A stretch of DNA of 32,000 bases from Candidatus Methanoliparum thermophilum (GTDB lineage: Archaea > Halobacteriota > Methanoliparia > Methanoliparales > Methanoliparaceae): contig RXIF01000003.1 in the NCBI GenBank assembly GCA_004212075.1, positions 16,073 to 48,072 of the forward strand. Direction: 5' to 3'. The notes below the pieces were generated by a model. It did not search any database and was not told the DNA's origin. It saw only the letters and a list, made by a program, of their open reading frames with translations. Positions within the stretch are counted from its first letter, which is position 1; every line of letters starts with the position of its first letter. The position numbers and the translations under genes were made by a program. Shown piece after piece: positions 1-9,657 of this stretch.

Positions 1-64
1 ATGGGCATAAAAAATGGCGAGAAGTAACGAATAAGGTAACATCTTTATAATAATATAAAATGAG

Positions 65-871
65 CTATTTCATCAATCTTTTTACTTCTTTTACCACCCT
101 TGGCAGAACCGTACCTATCTTTCCATGAATCACTACATCCGCAACGTTATCGTATGGTGTCTTCTCGATGTTGATTATTACAAGTTTTGCTCCATGCTCT
201 TTTGCCAACCTTGGAAGGCTCGATACAGGATAGACTACTAATGAAGAACCGATAGCAAGTAACATATCACATCTGCTTACATATTCGATAGATCTTGAAA
301 GGGCTTTTTTTGGTAACATCTCGCCAAAAAATACGACATCTGGTTTTATTATGCCTCCGCAAGGGCATTTTGGTGGAATCTTCTGTTGTTCTATTGTTTC
401 TGCCAAAAATTCATCAAATTCTATCTTTTTATTGCAACGAAGACAACTTGCGGTCTTCATCGATCCATGTATCTCTATGACATTCTTGCATCCTGCTTTT
501 TGATGTAGCATATCCACGTTTTGTGTGATGATCCCCTCAAGTTTATTTATCGTTTCTAATTCTGCCAATGCTTTATGTCCTTCATTAGGTTCTGAGGTAA
601 ATATACTTGTGATATCCAGATCAGAGATAAGATTTATTAATTCATCAAGATCTAATCCTTTTATAAAAGAGTCTATACTTGCAAACTTCATTGGATCGAT
701 TTTTTCCCATATACCTGTTCCAGGGCTTCTAAAATCTGGAATTCCAGATTCTGTTGACATTCCTGCACCAGTTAGGGCAACGATAGATTTTGAATCTTTG
801 ATTAACTCTGCGGTCTTTTTTATTTTTTCATCGAGCGTTTTATCCAAAGAATTATTATTAAAATCGTTCAT
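65..871 (-). CDS. cobB: Sir2-family NAD-dependent protein deacylase
   Basis: 268 aa. Sirtuin motif GAGMSTESGIPDFRS, QNVDMLH and a CxxC...CPCGG zinc ribbon. The start overlaps the upstream gene's stop (ATGA). Confidence 0.9.
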   Translation of the reverse strand: MNDFNNNSLDKTLDEKIKKTAELIKDSKSIVALTGAGMSTESGIPDFRSPGTGIWEKIDPMKFASIDSFIKGLDLDELINLISDLDITSIFTSEPNEGHKALAELETINKLEGIITQNVDMLHQKAGCKNVIEIHGSMKTASCLRCNKKIEFDEFLAETIEQQKIPPKCPCGGIIKPDVVFFGEMLPKKALSRSIEYVSRCDMLLAIGSSLVVYPVSSLPRLAKEHGAKLVIINIEKTPYDNVADVVIHGKIGTVLPRVVKEVKRLMK

Positions 872-1326
872 AATTTGATAATATCACCTCGTATCTCACC
901 ATTATCTATGTTTAGCAATCCGTAAGATTTTCTTGCAGTTCCTGGATTGAAAAGAAGGGTATTGTTTATAATTTTGTTCATAGGTATATGGGTATGCCCA
1001 TAAATTATTACATCGACATCATCAAACCGTTTCAGTAGTTTATATTCTAATCCAAACGGTGCTCCCCAACCATGTATAACACGTATCTTCTTGCCATCTA
1101 TCTCTATTTTTTCCGTATCTGGTAAGATCTTTTTTATATCTAAAGAATCCATATTACCTTTTACCGCTACAACATCTTTTACTAATTTTAACTCATTTAA
1201 GACATCGATAGATGTTATATCCCCAGCATGAACTACCAGATCTACATCTTTCAATGCATCTATAATTCTATGATCGACATCTCTTATTGTATCCGCATGT
1301 GTATCCGATATTACACCTATAAGCAT
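868..1326 (-). CDS. MJ0936/YfcE-family metallophosphoesterase
   Basis: 152 aa. Motifs ISDTHAD, HAGD and YGHTH typical of the calcineurin-like phosphodiesterase family. GGAGG SD upstream. Confidence 0.85.
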   Translation of the reverse strand: MLIGVISDTHADTIRDVDHRIIDALKDVDLVVHAGDITSIDVLNELKLVKDVVAVKGNMDSLDIKKILPDTEKIEIDGKKIRVIHGWGAPFGLEYKLLKRFDDVDVIIYGHTHIPMNKIINNTLLFNPGTARKSYGLLNIDNGEIRGDIIKL

Positions 1327-1592
1327 AAGATACCTCCTTTATTATTTATATGAAAATTAGAGTATGTGAACTACCCCTCGCTATTGCAATTCTCGATCTC
1401 CACAAGCGTAAATTCCCTCTATCCCATCGGTACATACATAATATATTATTCTACTACTTATATACTTTTCCCTTTATTCCCAGCTTTCGCAAGGGGACTT
1501 CTCGGCGGTAAGTTAAATTTTAATATTCTTGTCTTATTAAAGGGAAAATTTATATTTAAGTCTAATGTTGATCCATATTAAAGGGGATTGAG

Positions 1593-2051
1593 ATGATAAA
1601 GAAGATAGCAGTAGTATCCTTGTTTTTGCTGTTACTGTCAGGTAGTATATTTGTCTCATCTGTGGCAGAAACAGCATCAAACAAATCAATCAATTGGTAT
1701 ACTTATGATGAAGGAATGATACTAGCTAAAAACCAAAATAAACCTGTAATGATCTATTTTACGACGGATTGGTGCCCTCATTGTAGAAATTTAGAACAGA
1801 ACGTATTTATGGATGAGAGGATGGCAGAAAAATTAGCCAATAATTTTATCTGTATCAAAGTAGATGCTGATAAAGAGAAAGATATAGTTGATAAATATAA
1901 AAAAGGTGGATTTTTAGGGAGTTTTATGTCTATGCCAGTTCCAACAGTAATATTTGCAGATTCTCAAGGCAACGAGGTATATAGAATTGAAGGGGAGAGA
2001 AGCATAGAGGATTTTAACAAAATAGTGGATGACTTACTTAACATGCTTTAA
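1593..2051 (+). CDS. secreted thioredoxin-fold protein (DsbD-gamma/Thioredoxin_7-like)
   Basis: 152 aa. N-terminal hydrophobic signal-like segment (MIKKIAVVSLFLLLLSG...). WCPHC redox motif within YFTTDWCPHCRNLE. Confidence 0.8.
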   Translation: MIKKIAVVSLFLLLLSGSIFVSSVAETASNKSINWYTYDEGMILAKNQNKPVMIYFTTDWCPHCRNLEQNVFMDERMAEKLANNFICIKVDADKEKDIVDKYKKGGFLGSFMSMPVPTVIFADSQGNEVYRIEGERSIEDFNKIVDDLLNML

Positions 2052-2113
2052 AATTTTCAAAAAATCTAAATATCGTTAAAGATCGCATGAATCTCAGCAA
2101 TAAGAGGTACTGG

Positions 2114-2230
2114 ATGGTTGGATTACCTCTATTTTTAATCTTTTTAGTATACGGAATGATTCAAGAGGAGCATATTATGGTGTTCAACCATGCCCAGGTG
2201 TTATGTACCTACTGTATCGGAATAAAGTGA
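2114..2230 (+). CDS. candidate small membrane protein with C-terminal CxxC, not in the ORF track
   Basis: My translation: MVGLPLFLIFLVYGMIQEEHIMVFNHAQVLCTYCIGIK, 38 aa. AAGAGGT lies 5 nt upstream of this ATG, and an in-frame upstream ATG at 2087 lacks an SD. One TM helix plus CTYC. Confidence 0.35.
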   Translation: MVGLPLFLIFLVYGMIQEEHIMVFNHAQVLCTYCIGIK

Positions 2231-2281
2231 TTTCTATACGACAGATCATAAGATAACAATAAAATTATAATATGTGAAGAA

Positions 2282-3097
2282 ATGTTAAAAAATATCGGGA
2301 AGAAGATCGGTTCGCTAAGAACAAAAGTGCAGATATCCTTCATGATATTGGCGAACTCTTTGTTTCTAAAACACCTCATGTTCTTTCCGTTTCCTATAAT
2401 GAACTGTTATTCATGCCCATTAGCCGTTTTTTCCTGCCCGATCGGGACTCTCCAATATTTTATAGGTATTGGTGCAATCCCTTTCTATACAGTAGGCGTT
2501 TTAGGAAGCATTGGCTCATTGTTTGGCAGATTTAGTTGTGGATGGGCATGTCCTTTTGGATTTATCCAAGATTTATTATATAAGATAAAGATACCTTTCT
2601 TTAAAAAAAGGGTTATTCCTGAGAGATACGGTATTATAAAATATATATTCTTAGGAATTGTTATTTTGCTGCCTATTTTTATGGCTGTACCATTTTTCTG
2701 TATGATCTGCCCTGTAGGAACATTAGAGGCTGGAATACCAACAGTCCTGTTATTGAACCTCGATATAAACCTCTTCTTCTGGATAAAGATAGGTATTTTA
2801 ATTGCAATAATTTTAACGATGTTCATATTTAGTAGGCCTTTCTGCAAACTTTTTTGTCCACTTGGAGCTATTTTAGGTCTTTTTAATAAGATAAGTGGTT
2901 TCAGATTAAGGGTGGATGATAGTTGTACAAAGTGTGGCAGATGTGAAAGAGTCTGTCCGATGAATATAAAAGTATACAAAAGCCCTAATTCTCCCAATTG
3001 TATAAGATGTCTTAAATGTGTAGAAGAGTGCAATAAGATATCTATTGAGAGACCATTAACCAATGATAAATCAAATAAAGCAGGTGACAATATTTAA
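2282..3097 (+). CDS. integral-membrane polyferredoxin (NapH/MauN/YccM-like 4Fe-4S binding protein)
   Basis: 271 aa. Four CxxxCP(x)G motifs (SCPLAVFSCPIG, SCGWACPFG, FCMICPVG, FCKLFCPLG). C-terminal CxxCxxCxxxCP ferredoxin motif (CTKCGRCERVCP) and CIRCLKCVEEC. Multiple hydrophobic segments. Confidence 0.8.
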   Translation: MLKNIGKKIGSLRTKVQISFMILANSLFLKHLMFFPFPIMNCYSCPLAVFSCPIGTLQYFIGIGAIPFYTVGVLGSIGSLFGRFSCGWACPFGFIQDLLYKIKIPFFKKRVIPERYGIIKYIFLGIVILLPIFMAVPFFCMICPVGTLEAGIPTVLLLNLDINLFFWIKIGILIAIILTMFIFSRPFCKLFCPLGAILGLFNKISGFRLRVDDSCTKCGRCERVCPMNIKVYKSPNSPNCIRCLKCVEECNKISIERPLTNDKSNKAGDNI

Positions 3098-3164
3098 AGG
3101 TCTAAAAAATATAGAAACTTATTTAAATATCGGTCATAATAAGATTAAAGGAGGTTTTAATTGA

Positions 3165-3692
3165 ATGATGATAGAGAGAGAGATGACAAAAAAGTTTATA
3201 GAAGAGGCATTTGCGGGAGAATCGATGGCACATATGAAGTACCAGATCTTTTCCGAGGTTGCAGAGAAGGAAGGTTTTCCGAATATTGCTAATCTGTTCA
3301 GAGCTATATCTTTTGCAGAACTGGTTCATGCCAGAAATCATTATAAATCCCTTGGCAATGTGAAAAAGACAGAAGAAAACTTACAGGAATGTATCAACGG
3401 TGAAAATTATGAAGTAAACGAGATGTATCCTGTATTCAACAATACAGCAAAATTACAAAACGAGAAAGATGCCGAAAAAAATACCTATTATGCGCTTGAG
3501 GCGGAAAAAATTCATGAAATAATATATAAAGAGTCTAAAGATTCAGTAAAACAGAATAAAGATATAGACGTGGATACGATATCTATCTGTCCTGTTTGTG
3601 GTTATACCGTCAAAGGAGAGCCCGTAGACCGTTGTCCAATCTGTGGCACATCTGGCAAAAAATTTGCCGTTTTTAAAACAACGTTAAAATAG
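3165..3692 (+). CDS. rbr: rubrerythrin
   Basis: 175 aa. Diiron four-helix motifs (FAGESMAHMKY, ELVHARNH). C-terminal rubredoxin-like CPVCG...CPICG. GGAGG SD upstream. Confidence 0.9.
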   Translation: MMIEREMTKKFIEEAFAGESMAHMKYQIFSEVAEKEGFPNIANLFRAISFAELVHARNHYKSLGNVKKTEENLQECINGENYEVNEMYPVFNNTAKLQNEKDAEKNTYYALEAEKIHEIIYKESKDSVKQNKDIDVDTISICPVCGYTVKGEPVDRCPICGTSGKKFAVFKTTLK

Positions 3693-3782
3693 AATACCAA
3701 CTTATTTTTTCCAATTTTTAATAAATTTAATTAAAACATATCAAAAACTAAGAATAAGATTCAACATAAAAAGGATGTATAA

Positions 3783-5288
3783 ATGAAGTTTATTGGAATA
3801 GATGTCGGCGGGACAAATACTGATGCGGTCAAGATAGAGGATGGAATTATAGACTATTTTAAAATTCCAAACGAGTGGGACAGTATAATAGAAGCATTGA
3901 AGAAGCTGGGTGATGCTAAAACGAGTAGAACGGTGGTTAGTTCGTCTCTATCACTGAATTTGTTGTACGAAGAAAAAGGAGGAGAGACAAAGACTCTTAT
4001 CATGGCAGGCCCTGGTTTAAATTTTTCAAATTTCGGTACCAATATAGAAGGATGCATAAACCACCGTGGTGATATCGTCGAGGATATCGTGGTAGAAGAG
4101 GTCGTAGGAAAACTTTTGGATAAAAAAGACAATCTTGCAGTAGTAGGAAAATTTTCGAATAGAAACCCTTCATTGGAGGAAAAAATTCTAAATATTGCAT
4201 TAAACTATTATGATAGTACAAATATTGCTCTTGGGAGCGATATTCAAGGATTGTCATTTCCAAGACGTATAAACACGACTATATTGAGCGCGAAGGTTAA
4301 AAGATCTATCGTAGACCTTACCAAAGCTATAGAAAATTATTCGTCATCCTTTTATTATTTCAAAGGAGATGGTGGCATCGTTCCTCATAATTTAGCGATC
4401 AAAAACCCTTTGGATCTCGTAAATTCAAGCCCTGCAACAGCTGCATTGGGAGCATACTATCTAACAGGGGAGAAAAATGGATTGGTTATAGATATAGGCG
4501 GAACAACTACGGATTTTATTGAATTAGTCGATGGAAAACCAAAATTAGTAGAAAATATAGAATTATGTGGGTACAAGACGCTTATAAGGAGCGTAGATAC
4601 ATGGGTAGTACCTATCGGTGGTGATTCGTATATAGATTTTAGCTCGAATAGTATAGGTCTAAAGAGAAAAGGGAACGCAGTAGCGTTTAAGGGGGAGTAT
4701 ATAACCTTGACCGATCTTTTAAACTGTATAGGTGAAAAGATAGGTGATTATAATCGATCTATATCCGCTATGAAGATGATCTCTAACAATTATAGAAACC
4801 TTGCAGAGAGTTTGGTAGAAAAAGCCATCGATCTGATATCTAAAAAATCTGGAAATCCGTCTAAGATCATCTGTACAGGTTATCTTGGAAAATATCTGGC
4901 ACCAATGATAAGTGAGAGACTTAATTGTAGTTATATCGTTCCTAAATTTGCAGAAGTTGCTAACGCGATCGGTGCCGCTGTATCTAGGATATCTCTTATG
5001 CTATATCAGCGGATAGATACAGAAAGAGGGAGAATAATCTGGAACGGTACGGTTGAGAGGATAAAAGACGATGCCAGATCTTTATCTAGAGAAGAGATTA
5101 TAGATATTGCGAAGAATAAAGTCAGATCTCTAGCGCTAAGATACGGAGCGGTTGAAGAGGATGTTAAAGACGTAGATCTTCTCTACTTTAATTCTTATAA
5201 TATAATTAGAGGATGGTATAAATCTGGTCAGATATCAGATTGTATAGTCCAAATAAACCCTGGAATATCGAGCGAGGTCAAATCATGA
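3783..5288 (+). CDS. hydantoinase/oxoprolinase (HyuA-like, ASKHA fold) family protein
   Basis: 501 aa. N-terminal FIGIDVGGTNTDAV and a second phosphate motif VIDIGGTTTD. Confidence 0.7.
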   Translation: MKFIGIDVGGTNTDAVKIEDGIIDYFKIPNEWDSIIEALKKLGDAKTSRTVVSSSLSLNLLYEEKGGETKTLIMAGPGLNFSNFGTNIEGCINHRGDIVEDIVVEEVVGKLLDKKDNLAVVGKFSNRNPSLEEKILNIALNYYDSTNIALGSDIQGLSFPRRINTTILSAKVKRSIVDLTKAIENYSSSFYYFKGDGGIVPHNLAIKNPLDLVNSSPATAALGAYYLTGEKNGLVIDIGGTTTDFIELVDGKPKLVENIELCGYKTLIRSVDTWVVPIGGDSYIDFSSNSIGLKRKGNAVAFKGEYITLTDLLNCIGEKIGDYNRSISAMKMISNNYRNLAESLVEKAIDLISKKSGNPSKIICTGYLGKYLAPMISERLNCSYIVPKFAEVANAIGAAVSRISLMLYQRIDTERGRIIWNGTVERIKDDARSLSREEIIDIAKNKVRSLALRYGAVEEDVKDVDLLYFNSYNIIRGWYKSGQISDCIVQINPGISSEVKS

Positions 5289-6370
5289 AGACAGGAATCG
5301 TCTATCACGATTATTATTTAAAGCACGAACAGGGTCCTACACATCCCGAAAGACGTGAAAGATTGGAGTATACTATAGATCAACTGAGAGAAGAAGGAAT
5401 CTTAGAAGACCCAAAAATAGAAATTATAAACCCGAGAAGAGCAACTTTGGAAGAGATACTCTCCGTTCATACAACAAGATACATAGAAAGATTGAAGAGT
5501 ATGTCTGAGAAGGGAGGAATAATAGATCTCGATACTAGTGTTCCTGTTGGGTCATACGATAGTGCGATCTGGTCTGCTGGTGGAGCACTAACCGCCGCGG
5601 AGAAAGTATTTAATGGGAGCGTAAAAAATTCTTTTGCATTGATAAGGCCCCCAGGACATCATGCAAAGCCTGATAACGGAGCAGGATTCTGTTATTTGAA
5701 CAATATGGCGATTATGATAAAGAATATGATAAAGAGAAGAACGATTAAAAGAGCCGCTATATTAGATTGGGATGCACATCATGGGGATGGCACTCAAGCG
5801 ATCTTTTATGATGACCCAAACGTCTTGTATATATCGATCCATCAGGATGGCAGGACTCTATATCCTGGTAGCGGGTTTATAGATGAGATAGGTGTAGGTG
5901 AAGGAAAAGGATACAATATATGTATTCCAGTCCTCCCTGGCGCATCGGATGATGTATACAGATTAGCCCTCGACGAGATCTATATCCCTCTCGTGGAAGA
6001 GTTCAGACCAGATTTTATTGCTATATCTGCAGGGCAGGATAATCATTTTACAGACCCTTTGACAAATTTAGCGCTTACATCGAGAGGTTATGCAGAAATG
6101 ATGAAAGATGCTGTTATATTATCAGATAAATTATGCAAAGGTAGATTAGTTGCTCTTTTAGAGGGAGGATATGGAGTAGAGGGAGGATTACCGTATGTAA
6201 ATCTTGGCATCATAGCTGCGATGGCCGATATAGATATAACGAATATACGAGAACCGAAGATATACGAAGAAGTTTTAAGACGAAGGAGAAGAGACGTGCT
6301 GGATAGTGCAAAAGAGACTGTAAGAGGATTAAAACGTATATTAAAAGATTATTGGAGCTGTTTTAGATAA
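5285..6370 (+). CDS. histone deacetylase-family deacetylase (AcuC/acetylpolyamine amidohydrolase-like)
   Basis: Motifs RPPGHHA, DWDAHHGDGTQ and EGGY. Start placed at ATG 5285 (MKTGIVYHD), which overlaps the upstream stop as ATGA. The ORF-track start at 5240 lies inside the previous gene. Confidence 0.88.
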   Translation: MKTGIVYHDYYLKHEQGPTHPERRERLEYTIDQLREEGILEDPKIEIINPRRATLEEILSVHTTRYIERLKSMSEKGGIIDLDTSVPVGSYDSAIWSAGGALTAAEKVFNGSVKNSFALIRPPGHHAKPDNGAGFCYLNNMAIMIKNMIKRRTIKRAAILDWDAHHGDGTQAIFYDDPNVLYISIHQDGRTLYPGSGFIDEIGVGEGKGYNICIPVLPGASDDVYRLALDEIYIPLVEEFRPDFIAISAGQDNHFTDPLTNLALTSRGYAEMMKDAVILSDKLCKGRLVALLEGGYGVEGGLPYVNLGIIAAMADIDITNIREPKIYEEVLRRRRRDVLDSAKETVRGLKRILKDYWSCFR

Positions 6371-6395
6371 GAATAGTACAAACAAATATAACGTT

Positions 6396-7199
6396 ATGAT
6401 TTTAGGGATTGATATAGGCGGAACTAATACAAGACTTGTTTTATACGATTGTGAGGACTTTAGAGTTTTGGATAAAATTTTATCAAGCCAGAAGAACATA
6501 GAAGGATTATCTGGAAGAATAAATAGGATAGTTGAATCTTACGGTATAAACGCGATAGGTATAGGAATAGCCGGTTGGGTTAAAGATGGTAGAATTATAA
6601 AAACACCTAATATAAACGGTACGATTAAATTTGATCTTACAGCTCCTTATATATTGGAAAACGATGCAAATTGTTTTGCATACGGTTTTTATAAGTTATT
6701 GGCAGATAGTAAAATAAAAAATATCGTATGTATAACTGTAGGGACAGGAATAGGCTGTGGAATCGTAATAGATGGAAAGATATATAGAGGTAAAGGATTG
6801 GCGGGAGAACTAGCACATATAGTCATTGAAAAAGGGAGAATCTGCTCTTGCGGAGGAAGAGGACATCTTGAATCTTATTTTTCAGGCTGGTCTTTAGAAG
6901 AACAATTTAAAAAACCGATTAAAGAGGTAATGAGAGAGAATATAGAAGAATTTTATAGATTGAGAGAGGTCGATATCTTTATAAAGAGTATTGCAAATCT
7001 CATACTGGTTCTCGATCCGAATGCAATCGTTTTTGGTGGGGGTATCGGCATGAACTTCGATAAAAAAGTTGTTGAAGAGATGTTGAGGGATTATATCTTG
7101 CCAGAGTTTGATACCGAAGTGATAATTTTAAAAGATGAAGATATGGTGGCAAAAGGTGCAATCTTTCTAGCAAAGGAGACTTTTTATTGGCTGATATAA
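6396..7199 (+). CDS. ROK-family sugar kinase (glucokinase-like)
   Basis: 267 aa. ILGIDIGGTNTR, GTGIGCGIV and the ROK zinc motif CSCGGRGHLE. Confidence 0.85.
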   Translation: MILGIDIGGTNTRLVLYDCEDFRVLDKILSSQKNIEGLSGRINRIVESYGINAIGIGIAGWVKDGRIIKTPNINGTIKFDLTAPYILENDANCFAYGFYKLLADSKIKNIVCITVGTGIGCGIVIDGKIYRGKGLAGELAHIVIEKGRICSCGGRGHLESYFSGWSLEEQFKKPIKEVMRENIEEFYRLREVDIFIKSIANLILVLDPNAIVFGGGIGMNFDKKVVEEMLRDYILPEFDTEVIILKDEDMVAKGAIFLAKETFYWLI

Positions 7200-7786
7200 A
7201 TTTGTATCAGGTTGGATTTGGCAGACCGAGAAGATTGTTTATAGCTGGATTGCATGGTGACGAATGGAGATATACATCCGATCTTCTCTTTCGTTTAAGC
7301 AATCCTGATATTGGATCTGTATATAAAGTTCCTGTAATAAGCAAAGGCAGATATATTAGTACTCTAAATCATAGATACTACGAATCGGAAGGTTCGATAG
7401 TTATAGAACTGATCAAAAAGATTAAACCAGACATATATATCGAATTACATTCTTATAAAAGAGAATATTTCAAAAATTTGGTAAGTAAAGATAGATTATC
7501 AGAAAAAGGTGTTCCTTCTTATGTAGAACTTGGAAACGGTCTATTAATAGGATCCGTTTCGCCATATTTAATCGATCATCTTTCTGATAAATCTCTTCAT
7601 CTATCTTTTGAGGTGGCAAAAAACAGCAGAGAGTCGAGAAGAGAACTCTTAGAGGTATTAAATGCGGTTAATAACTCGACAGCGAATGATTTTCTTATAT
7701 ACCTATCAAAAAAATATCCTTCTGCATTAAAAAAAGCCGTCGAAGGATATATTTTATACCACAAGATGATTAGTTTTATATCTTGA
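7187..7786 (+). CDS. small M14/AstE-like zinc-hydrolase-fold protein (hypothetical)
   Basis: 199 aa with a TTG start overlapping the ROK gene's end. AGLHGDEW matches the carboxypeptidase HxxE(W) zinc motif. ELHSY matches the distal His (HSY) motif. Much shorter than canonical M14 enzymes. Confidence 0.45.
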   Translation: MADINLYQVGFGRPRRLFIAGLHGDEWRYTSDLLFRLSNPDIGSVYKVPVISKGRYISTLNHRYYESEGSIVIELIKKIKPDIYIELHSYKREYFKNLVSKDRLSEKGVPSYVELGNGLLIGSVSPYLIDHLSDKSLHLSFEVAKNSRESRRELLEVLNAVNNSTANDFLIYLSKKYPSALKKAVEGYILYHKMISFIS

Positions 7787-7807
7787 AACTTGAATAAGAG
7801 GGATCAT

Positions 7808-8194
7808 ATGGATAAAAGACAGACAGAGGTAAGAACATTAAAAAAAGGTGGATACGTGATAGTGGATGACGAACCTTGTGTTATTATGAATATAACATCA
7901 TCTAAACCTGGAAAACACGGTGCTGCAAAGGCAAGAATGGATGTTATTGGAATATTCGACGGTCAAAAAAGATCGATTGTTCAACCAGTAACTGCTAAAA
8001 TATATGTACCGATCGTTGAAAGAAAGACTGCACAGGTTTTATCCGTAACTAAGGATACGGTCCAGCTGATGGACATGGAAACCTATGAGACGTTCGAATT
8101 ACCATTAAAAGATGAATATAAAGAGAAGATTGAGCAAGGAAAAGAGGTTATGTATCTAGAATCCTTAGGAAAACGCAAATTGGATATTCAATAA
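7808..8194 (+). CDS. eif5a: translation initiation factor 5A (aIF5A)
   Basis: Hypusination loop SKPGKHGAAKAR. Start placed at ATG 7808 (MDKRQTEV); the ORF-track TTG at 7790 is also possible. Confidence 0.93.
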   Translation: MDKRQTEVRTLKKGGYVIVDDEPCVIMNITSSKPGKHGAAKARMDVIGIFDGQKRSIVQPVTAKIYVPIVERKTAQVLSVTKDTVQLMDMETYETFELPLKDEYKEKIEQGKEVMYLESLGKRKLDIQ

Positions 8195-8195
8195 A

Positions 8196-9056
8196 GTGGT
8201 AACTATGAACTTTGCAGATGCGGATCACAAGTATGAAGATGCAGATGTCGTAATAATAGGTGTTCCTTTTGATAAGACTGTCTCTTTCAGAGATGGTACA
8301 AGAGAAGCACCAGTCTACATAAGAGAGGCAAGTTATAACTTCGAGACGTATTATCTTGAGTACGATTCAGAGATCACAGAGGTATCTTTATGTGATCTGG
8401 GAGATCTAAATGTATCTACGGTAGAAGATGTCGCAAGAGAGGTTAGAAAATCTACAAACCAGATTTTATATGACGATAAACTTCCTATAATAATAGGAGG
8501 AGAACATTCTATAACAATCTACTCTTCTGGCGTATTTAAAGAAAAATTCAAAGATGACACCTTTTTTATAGTGGTCGATGCTCACTTAGATATGAGAGAT
8601 CGATATAAAGATAACAAGTTTAGCCATGCTTGTGTATCTAGGCGAGTATTCGAGAAGTTTAATAATGATATCGCACTCATAGGACAGAGAAGCGGATCAA
8701 AAGATGAATACAAGTTTATACAAAAGAATAACATACCATTATATTCTTCTGACGATCTAAAGAATGGTGATCTAAAAGAGATTGTATCGGATATCAAAGA
8801 TAAGGCTGAAGGAAAGAAGATATATTTGTCGCTCGATATGGATGCGTTAGATTGTATGCTGGCGCCAGGTGTGGGGAATCCAGAACCTTATGGGCTTAAT
8901 CCGAACCAAGTAAGAGAGATAGTCTCGAGTTTCTCTAAAGATGTCTATCTATTTGATATAGTGGAAGTGTCTCCTAAATACGATTCTAATGGTGAGACAG
9001 CAATGTTAGCCGCTAAAATAATAAGGGATTTTATAATGGAAAAATATTTTGGATAA
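8196..9056 (+). CDS. speB: agmatinase (ureohydrolase family)
   Basis: 286 aa. Arginase-fold Mn motifs GGEHS, DAHLD and SLDMDALD. GTG start at 8196 or ATG at 8205. Confidence 0.88.
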   Translation: MVTMNFADADHKYEDADVVIIGVPFDKTVSFRDGTREAPVYIREASYNFETYYLEYDSEITEVSLCDLGDLNVSTVEDVAREVRKSTNQILYDDKLPIIIGGEHSITIYSSGVFKEKFKDDTFFIVVDAHLDMRDRYKDNKFSHACVSRRVFEKFNNDIALIGQRSGSKDEYKFIQKNNIPLYSSDDLKNGDLKEIVSDIKDKAEGKKIYLSLDMDALDCMLAPGVGNPEPYGLNPNQVREIVSSFSKDVYLFDIVEVSPKYDSNGETAMLAAKIIRDFIMEKYFG

Positions 9057-9173
9057 TTTTTGCATAGGCTGTGCCATAATATCGAAATTGCTAAAAACAT
9101 CTTTTTTTTGAAGAATGGGCAAATAATATAAAAACCATCTATCTTTCTTTTGTCATCCTTTTTGAATAAACTT

Positions 9174-9461
9174 TTATTTTGATATAATATCTATCTTTAT
9201 ATCATCTTCACCGTTCTCTTTTTTCAATACAACAATAGGCTGCCTTCCATCTGCAAATATTTTCTCTGTTACAGATCTTAGATGTCCTATATCTGCAGTC
9301 TCTAAAAATTTTTCTAGTAATTCTATCCTCCTTTCGATATATGGATCGTCTATTTCGGATAAAATATACTCATCTACGATCTTCCAATAGATCTTTTTTG
9401 CCATACATTCGATACAACAATCCCGATTAGGTTTTAACTCGATTCTTATAGCATCATCCAT
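9174..9461 (-). CDS. hypothetical protein
   Basis: 95-aa ORF at the tail of the minus-strand beta-oxidation cluster. CCIEC motif and acidic helical composition. No family recognised and no close SD. Confidence 0.4.
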   Translation of the reverse strand: MDDAIRIELKPNRDCCIECMAKKIYWKIVDEYILSEIDDPYIERRIELLEKFLETADIGHLRSVTEKIFADGRQPIVVLKKENGEDDIKIDIISK

Positions 9462-9657
9462 ACGATCATCTTAATTTTTGATTTTTAACCTCCCAATATT
9501 TTTAACTTTCTAATTTTTATATTTTATATTCAAATATTTAAATTTTATCGATATAAAACAATATATTGATAAACAAAAAATAGAAAGAGTGGAAGATTAC
9601 CGTTTACCATGCTTCGGTATCAACCTAAATCCGATTTAAGTTTAACAAAAGATTATC

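Noticed and set aside
1366-1581. 71-aa plus-strand ORF in the spacer before the thioredoxin-like gene; the region is also slightly GC-richer (possible ncRNA)
   Set aside because: It has no SD and an implausible composition. I found only one imperfect long-range pairing (cccctcgc / gcaagggg) and no C/D or H/ACA boxes. Support is insufficient for either a CDS or an RNA call.
2485-3090. 201-aa antisense ORF, and similar long antisense ORFs elsewhere (e.g. 525-878, 12147-12927, 13881-14612, 23841-24497, 21474-21887)
   Set aside because: Each lies opposite a confidently identified gene with clear family motifs. The antisense products are low-complexity with no recognisable motif, as is typical of shadow ORFs in AT-rich genomes.
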